64,000 nt of DNA from an uncultured candidate division Zixibacteria bacterium (GTDB lineage: Bacteria > Zixibacteria > MSB-5A5 > GN15 > FEB-12). Position numbers and translations under genes: made by a program. The stretch spans positions 992,001 through 1,056,000 of the forward strand of contig CAWDXE010000001.1 of the NCBI GenBank assembly GCA_963806185.1. Direction: 5' to 3'. The notes beneath the pieces are model-generated. The model was not told the origin of the DNA and ran no database searches. It was given only the letters and a program-made list of their open reading frames with translations. Of this stretch, positions 1 to 7,827 are shown one piece after another; the stretch's first letter is position 1, and each line of letters begins with the position of its first letter.

Positions 1-1056
1 ACTAAAGAAATGGTGCTGCATATTCTCAGCGGGATCAATGACCCGGAACTGAAAAAGCCGCTGACTGAACTCGACATGGTAAAATTCGTCGAGATCGACG
101 GTGGCCATGTCACCGTCGGCATTACCCTTACTGTCCCCGGTTGCCCACTCAAAGAGAAGATCACTTCCGACGTCACCGCCGGCCTGCGGCTTATCCCCGA
201 TGTTGAGTCGGTCAAGGTTGTTTTCGACGTGATGTCCGACGAGCAAAGAGCGAGACTCCGTCAGAAACTCGGGCATGGTACGGCAACTGAGGGCGCTCAT
301 CCGGTCACCGTCGGAAATTTCGCCAAGCGCTTCATCGCGGTGTCGTCAGGCAAGGGCGGTGTCGGTAAGTCCACCGTCACAACAAACTTAGCGACGGCGC
401 TGGCCCGCCTTGGTCACAAGGTTGGGCTGCTCGATGCCGACGTGTATGGTTTCTCGATCCCCCGGATGCTTGGGATTCAAGGACAACCCACTATTATTGA
501 CGACAAGATTGTGCCGCTGCGCAAAGGCGATAACCTGCAAGTGATATCGATGGGCTTGTTCGTGCACGAGGATGAGCCGGTCATCTGGCGCGGCCCGATG
601 TTGCATAAGGCGATCAACCAATTTCTGTCCGACGTCATGTGGGACGAACTCGATTTTCTATTTCTCGATCTCCCCCCGGGCACGGGCGATGTCACCTTGA
701 CTATCGCACAGGCCATCCCGGCGGCGGAACTGCTGGTGGTCACCACCCCTCAGGCCACAGCCACGCATGTTGCCGGTCGTGTCGCCAAGCTGGCAGAGAA
801 GACAAAGTTACGTGTGATCGGCGTCCTCGAAAATATGTCGTATTTTGAGACTAATGGTACACGCGAATACGTCTTTGGACGCGGTGGTGGCAAGACGCTT
901 GCTGAGAAACTGGGTGTGAAGTTCTTCGGAGAAATTCCCCTGCAGAGCACGATTCGCGAAGGAGCCGATACCGGACGTCCGGTCGCCATGTATGGCACTC
1001 CGGAGCAAATTGCTCTATTCGAGACCATCGCTCGAGCCATCGAAACGAGTGACTGA
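1..1056 (+). CDS. mrp: Mrp/NBP35/ApbC family P-loop ATPase with N-terminal FeS-assembly (DUF59-like) domain; probably 5'-truncated by the window edge
   Basis: Motifs DPEL, LTVPGCP, SGKGGVGKS, LLDADVYG, VIWRGPM, DLPPGTGD, ENMSY. The frame is open from base 1 (ACT AAA GAA ATG). The C-terminal CxxC is absent. Confidence 0.9.
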   Translation, partial: TKEMVLHILSGINDPELKKPLTELDMVKFVEIDGGHVTVGITLTVPGCPLKEKITSDVTAGLRLIPDVESVKVVFDVMSDEQRARLRQKLGHGTATEGAHPVTVGNFAKRFIAVSSGKGGVGKSTVTTNLATALARLGHKVGLLDADVYGFSIPRMLGIQGQPTIIDDKIVPLRKGDNLQVISMGLFVHEDEPVIWRGPMLHKAINQFLSDVMWDELDFLFLDLPPGTGDVTLTIAQAIPAAELLVVTTPQATATHVAGRVAKLAEKTKLRVIGVLENMSYFETNGTREYVFGRGGGKTLAEKLGVKFFGEIPLQSTIREGADTGRPVAMYGTPEQIALFETIARAIETSD

Positions 1057-1147
1057 CGATAACTGCTTGTGAAGTCGCATCCTGCTTGAGACTCTAATTT
1101 ATTTCCATCATCGGTTTGGAATCATAGCCCCGGCACGCCGAATTTTG

Positions 1148-1443
1148 TTATCCGCCTAAGATACACTCAATCAACTGCTTCAAAAATGTCCGGTTTATTT
1201 TTATCCACAGGCTTGACGGTTATCGCCACGACGAATATGTATACACATGAATTCTCGAGGGAAATGCTGTGTGGGCAGCATGTGGATTGTAGGGAGCGCT
1301 TCGAGCACAGCCTCTTATTCAATCACGAGTTATAGAGCACACTCTTAGGCGTGTCTGTGGATGATTTTGTGGACAAGTCGCGGGTATAGTGTGCACAAAA
1401 TTGGGTAACCTACAGGGAGACCAACGACTCTCTCTGTGAACAA
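1148..1443. promoter_or_regulatory. DnaA-box cluster upstream of dnaA (left part of oriC and/or dnaA autoregulation)
   Basis: Perfect TTATCCACA at 1201-1209. Near matches: GTATACACA 1239-1247, TGTGGATTG 1281-1289, TGTGGATGA 1356-1364, TGTGGACAA 1368-1376, TGTGCACAA 1390-1398, TGTGAACAA 1435-1443. Confidence 0.85.
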
Positions 1444-1475
1444 GTGGATTGAACACCGCAGGGGATTGCGAACCA

Positions 1476-2852
1476 ATGGAAAAATCTATGTCAACCTCAC
1501 AACAGTGGTCGGACTGTCTTAAGTACATGTCGTTGCGCCTCAAACAACAGTCCTTCAACACTTGGCTTCGCCCCACCAAGGGGGAACTTGCCGAAACGGG
1601 CGACTTCAAAATCGCCGTCGCCAATCAATTCGTCGCCGACTGGATCAACGACCACTTCCGGGACCTCATCGAAGAGTCCTTCACGGAAGTCCTCGGCCGG
1701 CGGCTCGACATCACCTGGGTCATCACCGGCCAGTCCGAACCAGAGGAGCAGACTTCGCTCCTGTTGAATCAGATCCCGGCCGGTCAGATCTCGCCCACCG
1801 CACCGGCGCCGGTTGCCGGCTCGCCGTCCAATCATAACCTCAACGACAAGTATCGGTTCGACACGCTGGTGATTGGTGACTTCAACCAGTTTGCCGCGGC
1901 CGCCTCTCAGGCGGTGGCCGAGGGTCCGGGCATGACAAAGTACAATCCGCTCTACATCTACGGCGGCACCGGACTGGGCAAAACGCATATTGTCCAGGCC
2001 ATCGGTCACCAGATTCTGGAATTCTTCCCCAATAAGCGCATCATGTATGCCACCTCTGAGAAATTCACCTCCGACTTCATTTCCGCCATCTCCGACCGCA
2101 CCATCACCGACTTCCACCGCCTCTACCGTGATGTCGACGTGCTGATTATCGACGATATCCAGTTCTTTACCGGCAAGGAATCCACTCAGGAGCAGTTCTT
2201 TCACACGTTTAACGCTCTGTACCATTCCGGTAAACAGATTATTCTCACCTCCGATCGTCCGCCCAAAGAGATCAAAGGGCTTGAAGAACGGCTACTCTCC
2301 CGCTTTGGCTGGGGTTTGGTAACCGATCTTCAGGCCCCTGACCTTGAAAATCGCACTGCCATTTTGTACAAAAAACTCTCCTCGGAGGGTAAAACGCTCC
2401 CGGACGACGTTGTCCGCTATGTCGCCGACAAGGTGACCACTAATGTCCGCGAGTTGGAAGGGGCGCTCATTCGCCTGTTGGCCTGGGCGTCGATTAAGAA
2501 AGTAACTATCGACCTCTCTGTGGCGCAGCAGGTGCTCTCTGAGACCCTGAGTGCAGCTAAGAGAGAGATTACGATGGATACTATCCAGCGTAAGACTGCT
2601 ACGGTCTTCAACATTCCTCCGGAAATGATGCAAGCCAAAAAGAAGACTGCCAAGGTAGCTCTTGCCCGCCAGGTGGCAATGTATCTGTCCCGTTCACTTA
2701 CGGACAATTCCCTGAAGTCCATTGGAGGGGCCTTTGGCGGCCGCGATCATTCGACCGTAATTCACGCCTGTGACCTGATCTCTCGCCGGATTGCGGCAGA
2801 TATCACATTCCGCGAAAAGATTGACAAAATCTCTGCTTCACTACTATACTAA
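1476..2852 (+). CDS. dnaA: Chromosomal replication initiator DnaA
   Basis: YNPLYIYGGTGLGKTH (Walker A), IIDDIQF, QEQFFHTFN, RLLSRF, NVRELEGAL, RQVAMYL, GGRDHSTVIHA. Start set at ATG 1476 after GGGGA. Confidence 0.98.
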   Translation: MEKSMSTSQQWSDCLKYMSLRLKQQSFNTWLRPTKGELAETGDFKIAVANQFVADWINDHFRDLIEESFTEVLGRRLDITWVITGQSEPEEQTSLLLNQIPAGQISPTAPAPVAGSPSNHNLNDKYRFDTLVIGDFNQFAAAASQAVAEGPGMTKYNPLYIYGGTGLGKTHIVQAIGHQILEFFPNKRIMYATSEKFTSDFISAISDRTITDFHRLYRDVDVLIIDDIQFFTGKESTQEQFFHTFNALYHSGKQIILTSDRPPKEIKGLEERLLSRFGWGLVTDLQAPDLENRTAILYKKLSSEGKTLPDDVVRYVADKVTTNVRELEGALIRLLAWASIKKVTIDLSVAQQVLSETLSAAKREITMDTIQRKTATVFNIPPEMMQAKKKTAKVALARQVAMYLSRSLTDNSLKSIGGAFGGRDHSTVIHACDLISRRIAADITFREKIDKISASLLY

Positions 2853-3133
2853 CATTTTGTCAATGGTTATGTGGATGCTATCTGAACTACAATCAGGGCC
2901 TAAGTAAATGTGGGGTACTCCCTCTATTTGTTGGTAACGTACTGTACTTGGTGTGAATAGAATTTGCGAAGAGAAAATGAAGAAGTCGCTTAGCACACAG
3001 TGTTTCCGTAAGCGATAATCTTACTTCTATCGACTTATCTACATCTTCACACCCCTTATTAATATCATCTCTTTTATATATAAGACCAGATAACAAGAGT
3101 AAGATGTGGGCAATCCACGTGGAGTGAGCATTC
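2853..3133. other. oriC unwinding region in the dnaA-dnaN intergenic spacer
   Basis: AT-rich spacer. TTATCTACA (3035-3043) is followed by TCTTCACA, CCCC, TTA TTA ATA TCA TCT CTT TTA and TATATAA. This is the order DnaA boxes / GC spacer / DnaA-trios / AT tract. Confidence 0.8.
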
Positions 3134-4246
3134 ATGAAGTTCGCCTTACCTAAATCGAAACTTGCCGGTACACTTTCTTCAGTTCTTCAAGTTGTGCCGA
3201 GCAAATCAACATTGCCAATTCTGACGAATGTTCTCGTGGAAGCCCTCGATAACAAACTGAAGATATCCGCTACGGATCTGGATATATCCATCACCGGTTC
3301 AGTTGAATGTTCTGTCACTAAGAAAGGTTCCGCTGCGCTCCCTGCGCGGATTCTCTTTGAGATTATTCGCGAGCTGCCGGAATCCGAAGTTTCCTTTGAG
3401 GCAATAAACTCTAGGGTAGAGATTAAGATTCCGAACGGATCCTACAAGATTGCCGCCGTGGCACCCGATGATTTCCCTAAACTCCCGGCCGTCAATACGA
3501 AGAAAGAGATCAAAATTGACGGGGCTGATCTGGTTCAGATGATCCGCAAAACCACCTTTGCCGTATCAAACGATGAGACCCGTCCGGCCCTCAATGGAGT
3601 TCTCTGGCAGACCAAGGGTGAGCGGATGCTTATGGTGGCAACCGACGGCCATCGGTTGGCCCGCATGGCCGTGGCAAATAACAAGCTCAAGGGAATGAGC
3701 GAGGATATCATCATTCCGCCCAAAGTCTTGAATTTGATTCCCAAGTTCCTCGAGGGCGGTAAGGCTGAGGTGGGCGTCATTTTCGGTGAAAACAGTATCA
3801 TTTTCAATCTCGGGGAGACAGTGCTCACTTCGCGCCTCATCGAGGGGCCATATCCGAATTTTGAGCAGGTAATTCCCCCCAACAATGACAAGAAGCTGGC
3901 CGTATCAAAGGAAGAGCTGGGTTCGGCAGTGCGGCGGGTGTCCATCCTCTCGAACAGCCTCACCCACCAGGTGAAGTTCTCCCTTAAGAAGAACTCCCTA
4001 ACCTTGGCGACCAATAACGCTGATTACGGCGGCGAGGGTAAAGAGGTGCTCGACTGTGACTTCCAGGGTGAGGCAATGGAAATCGGGTACAACGCGACCT
4101 ATGTGTCGGAAATTCTGTCGCGCATTGAGGCCAGCGAGGTGACGTTCGAGCTTTCCAGTCCCGTGGCGGCCGGCATAGTCTACGGAAGTGACACGAAGAA
4201 GGAAGATTATCTCTGTTTGATAATGCCATTGCGGTTGGCTGAATAA
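3134..4246 (+). CDS. dnaN: DNA polymerase III beta sliding clamp
   Basis: PILTNVL, ATDLD, DETRPALNGV, VATDGHRLA, SRLIEGPYP, C-terminal LIMPLRL; follows dnaA. Confidence 0.97.
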   Translation: MKFALPKSKLAGTLSSVLQVVPSKSTLPILTNVLVEALDNKLKISATDLDISITGSVECSVTKKGSAALPARILFEIIRELPESEVSFEAINSRVEIKIPNGSYKIAAVAPDDFPKLPAVNTKKEIKIDGADLVQMIRKTTFAVSNDETRPALNGVLWQTKGERMLMVATDGHRLARMAVANNKLKGMSEDIIIPPKVLNLIPKFLEGGKAEVGVIFGENSIIFNLGETVLTSRLIEGPYPNFEQVIPPNNDKKLAVSKEELGSAVRRVSILSNSLTHQVKFSLKKNSLTLATNNADYGGEGKEVLDCDFQGEAMEIGYNATYVSEILSRIEASEVTFELSSPVAAGIVYGSDTKKEDYLCLIMPLRLAE

Positions 4247-4271
4247 GCCGCCGGAACAATGCGCACTGCAC

Positions 4272-4306
4272 AACGTGGCGGATGATGACATTCGCCACGT
4301 TTTATT
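4272..4306 (+). terminator. Probable intrinsic terminator after dnaN, overlapping the recF promoter
   Basis: AACGTGGCGGATG-ATGA-CATTCGCCACGTT stem followed by TTATT. Confidence 0.55.
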
Positions 4307-4319
4307 GTATCCTTGGCCC

Positions 4320-5411
4320 ATGCTTGTCGACACCCTGTCCCTGACCAATTTTCGAAACTTCAGCCAGTTGAGCACTGACCTGGCGCCGGGGATCAACATC
4401 TTCTATGGCGATAACGGATCGGGAAAAACCAACTTGTTGGAGGCAATCTACACTGTCTGCCTCGGCCGGTCCCAGCGGGGGGCGGTCGACGCGACGATGA
4501 TTCGCGACGGTGTCGATGTCTATCGGGTTGTCAGTCGAGTCGAAAACGGCGGCAGTCAGCCGGTGGAAGTAGCCGTGGCTTTCGGACGCAACGAGCGTAA
4601 GAAGATCACCCTTGATGGTGCGGTCATACCTATTTCGCGGCTCTATGGTCTTTTTTGCGCGGTTTCCTCGGGACCCGAGGACAGTACCATACTCTCCGGC
4701 GGACCGTCCGAGCGGCGCCTCTTTCTCAATCTTCACCTGGCGCAACACTCGGTGACCTATCTGGCCGACCTGGGTGATTATCAGCGTACCCTCTCGCAGA
4801 AAAATGCCGCGCTGAAAAACGGCATGGATCCGTCGCCGTTTGATCCCCTCCTGATCGAATATGGCATCCGCATAATGCGAGCCAGAGCACGGTTCATTGA
4901 CGCCCTGCGCGAAACAGCCCGGCCGTTTTACCAGCAGATTGCTCGCGGCGAGTCGATGGATCTCACCTACCTGCCGTCAGTAGCGGTGGGCGCCGACGCC
5001 TGGGATGACAACGGCGTTTCACGTGAATTCGAGGCCCGTCTCGCCCAAAACAGAGAGAAGGAACGGATCCTGAAGAACGCCAGCGTTGGCCCGCACCGCG
5101 ATGATATTGGGTTCACCATCGGTGGCCTGCCGGCCCGGACGCACGGCTCACAAGGCCAATGGCGGACCGCGGCGATAGCCCTCAAGTTGGGAATTTACCA
5201 CATCCTGAAGGAGAAACGGCGGACCACCCCGGTACTTTTGCTCGACGAAATTTTTGCTGAATTGGACGAAGGTCGGGCGTTAGGTTTGGTGCAGGAATTC
5301 GCCGAGGTGTCCCAGGTGTTCCTGACCACGGCCGTGGAGCCGCCCCAGTCTCTGAAAAGCCGCAGCCGTAGTTACCGCGTGGTCAAAGGCGCAATCGAGA
5401 GTGTAGATTGA
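4320..5411 (+). CDS. recF: DNA replication and repair protein RecF
   Basis: NFRNF, GDNGSGKTNLLEAI, GGPSERRLFL, GPHRDD, GSQGQ, LLLDEIFAELD. Start at ATG 4320. Confidence 0.96.
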   Translation: MLVDTLSLTNFRNFSQLSTDLAPGINIFYGDNGSGKTNLLEAIYTVCLGRSQRGAVDATMIRDGVDVYRVVSRVENGGSQPVEVAVAFGRNERKKITLDGAVIPISRLYGLFCAVSSGPEDSTILSGGPSERRLFLNLHLAQHSVTYLADLGDYQRTLSQKNAALKNGMDPSPFDPLLIEYGIRIMRARARFIDALRETARPFYQQIARGESMDLTYLPSVAVGADAWDDNGVSREFEARLAQNREKERILKNASVGPHRDDIGFTIGGLPARTHGSQGQWRTAAIALKLGIYHILKEKRRTTPVLLLDEIFAELDEGRALGLVQEFAEVSQVFLTTAVEPPQSLKSRSRSYRVVKGAIESVD

Positions 5412-6463
5412 AAGACGGTCTGATACTGTCACATATCACCAAGGCCTTCGGGCAGACCCGTGTGCTCAACGATATTTCCCTCGCATTGGGCCAGGGGGAA
5501 TTGCTGGTACTTCTGGGGCAGTCAGGGTGTGGCAAATCCACTCTCCTGCGAATTATTGCGGGTCTCGAGGAACAGGATTCCGGCGAAGTCAGCATCGCCG
5601 GCAGGCGTGTGGAACATCTGCGGCCGCGTGACCGCAACGTGGCGCTCGTTTTCCAGAACTACTCGCTCTACCCGCACATGTCGGTCGAAAAGAACCTGGC
5701 CTTTCCGCTCAAGGTGGCCGGGGCAAAGAAAGACGAAATCACCAGCCGGGTTCGTTCCGTTGCCGAGATGCTCGGCTTGACCGATCGATTACATAACAAA
5801 CCGGCCCAACTCTCCGGCGGGCAGCGCCAGCGTGTGGCGCTGGGACGAGCCATCATTCGGGAGCCTGCCATCTTCCTACTCGACGAACCGTTGTCCAATC
5901 TCGACGCCGACTTGCGCGTGCGTATGCGCCAGGAGATCGTAAGGCTCCAGCGGCAGGTAGGTGTCACCATGGTGCATGTCACCCACGACCAGGTCGAGGC
6001 GCTGACCATGGCCGACCGGATCGCCCTGTTGAATCAAGGGACCATTGAGCAACTCGGCACCCCGGAGGAACTGTACAAAAACCCCGCGTCGCTCTTTGTT
6101 GCCACTTTCATTGGTCAGCCGAAGATGAACACGTTTGATGCTGTGGTTGAGTCGGGTCTGTTGAATCCGCTGGGGATAAAGGTCGACGCTGCACTCCGAG
6201 GGCCTGTAGTTGCGGGCATCCGACCGGAAGCCGTCCAGTTGGTTCCTGACGGTGATCTGAGTGGCGAAATCACCGACGCCGAGTACATGGGCGACCATTA
6301 TGTCGTCTGGCTGGCTATTGGAAAAGTCACGCTTACCGCCGTGGCGGTGGCCGGCGAAGAATACGTGATCGGACAAAAGGTCCGCTTCAGCATTCCACCG
6401 GATGAAATACTTCTGTTTGATCGGGAGTCCGGAAAGAATCTGAATTCACTGCCGCCGCGGTGA
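5408..6463 (+). CDS. ABC transporter ATP-binding subunit, MalK/UgpC/MsmX type, with TOBE domain
   Basis: GQSGCGKST, VFQNYSLYPHM, LSGGQRQRVALGRA, LLDEPLSNLD, VTHDQVEALTMAD. The TTG start overlaps the recF stop. Confidence 0.9.
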   Translation: MKDGLILSHITKAFGQTRVLNDISLALGQGELLVLLGQSGCGKSTLLRIIAGLEEQDSGEVSIAGRRVEHLRPRDRNVALVFQNYSLYPHMSVEKNLAFPLKVAGAKKDEITSRVRSVAEMLGLTDRLHNKPAQLSGGQRQRVALGRAIIREPAIFLLDEPLSNLDADLRVRMRQEIVRLQRQVGVTMVHVTHDQVEALTMADRIALLNQGTIEQLGTPEELYKNPASLFVATFIGQPKMNTFDAVVESGLLNPLGIKVDAALRGPVVAGIRPEAVQLVPDGDLSGEITDAEYMGDHYVVWLAIGKVTLTAVAVAGEEYVIGQKVRFSIPPDEILLFDRESGKNLNSLPPR

Positions 6464-7293
6464 TCGCTGGCATTTCGGACAGTAATGGGCTGACCGAGAA
6501 CCGATCTTCATGCGCTTGATGTGTGAGCCGCACCGCTCGCAATCGTCCCCCTCGTTGCCGTAGACCTTTAAGTAATTCTGAAACCGCCCCGCCTTGCCGT
6601 TGACCCCCGCGTAGTTGTCGACCGAAGTTCCCATCATCCGAATCGCCTTCTTCATCAAGCGTTGAATGTGGCCGTGCAGTTCGGCCAGTTTCGCCTTAGA
6701 GATGCCGGTCGTGAGCCGAAGCGGATGGATGCCGGCCGCGTATAGTGACTCGTCGGCGTAAATGTTCCCCACGCCCGCGAGAAAGCCCTGGTCGAGCAGC
6801 GCCTGCTTGATCTGGCGTGGCCGCCGCACGCACAGTTCGACGAAGGCGTCGGAAGATATTTCGAGCGGCTCCGGACCAAGCTCCTTCAACCCTTTCTGTT
6901 GCCACAGCTCGTCAGTGCGAAATAGCCGCAAACGGCCAAAACGGCGATAGTCGTTAAACCGCAGCTCCATTGGCGTATCACGAAAGGTGAGAACCACCAG
7001 GTCGTGTTTCTCTCGAGGCGTTTCCGCCGGTACCCAGAAGAAGTTGCCGGTCATCTTGAGATGAACCCAGAGCGACGTCCCCCGGAGAGCTGGATGATAA
7101 TATTCTTCCCTCGCCGCGTCACGATATCAATTGATCGCCCCACTACGTTGGCGGCAAAACCGGTCGCCGGGAGCGACGGGCTGACTACCACTGATGCTTT
7201 TGGTGCGTCGATCTGCACGCCGGCAATCGTGCGTCCGCCTACGGCGTCGCGCAGGCCGCGAACAACGGTTTCGACTTCGGGAAGTTCAGGCAT
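6446..7293 (-). pseudogene. mutM: Formamidopyrimidine-DNA glycosylase (Fpg) split by a 1-nt frameshift (pseudogene or sequencing error)
   Basis: N-terminal MPELPEVE...RRGK lies in 7051-7293. MTG...DYRRFG...GVGNIYADE...CERC...CPKCQ lies in 6446-7054. One extra G in the C5 run at 7079-7083 restores LSGGTSLWVHLKMTG. Confidence 0.9.
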
Positions 7294-7661
7294 GGGGAGT
7301 GGCGGGAGCGGTAATCTTCGATGGCAGCGCGGATGGCATCAGGCGCCAGATTGGAGCAGGTCATCTTTTGCGGCGGCAGACCGTGGAGTGTATCAGCGAC
7401 CTGTTCGCGTGTGAGCGCAAACGCCTCGTCGAGCGTTTTGCCGAGGACCATTTCCGACGCGGCCGAGCTGGTGGCGATAGCGGCGGCACAGCCGAAGGTC
7501 TTGAATTTGACGTCGACTAACCGGTTGTCGGCCACCTTGATATAGAGACGCATGACATCTCCGCAGGCGGGATTCCCCACCTCGCCGATCCCGTCGGCGT
7601 CGGCAATTTCCCCGGCGTTACGCGGGTTCTGGAAGTGGTCCATGACGGTTTCATTGTACAT
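7239..7661 (-). CDS. iscU: IscU/NifU-type Fe-S cluster assembly scaffold
   Basis: MYNETVMDHFQNPRNAG, GNPACGDVM, FKTFGCAAAIA, LPPQKMTCSNLA. The 3' end overlaps the mutM start by 55 nt. Confidence 0.9.
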   Translation of the reverse strand: MYNETVMDHFQNPRNAGEIADADGIGEVGNPACGDVMRLYIKVADNRLVDVKFKTFGCAAAIATSSAASEMVLGKTLDEAFALTREQVADTLHGLPPQKMTCSNLAPDAIRAAIEDYRSRHSPCLNFPKSKPLFAACATP

Positions 7662-7827
7662 GTCGGCAAGGTACACGGCAGGGTCGGAAAAGGCAAGGCG
7701 GCGCGGCAAAACTGCTTGCGTCGCACGAAGCGGGCGATAGATTGGATGCAATAGTCGTTAACATAGTCCCTTATGTGGTCCATGTATTTCTATCTGAACG
7801 TACAGAATCGCTGCACGGAGGTACTAC

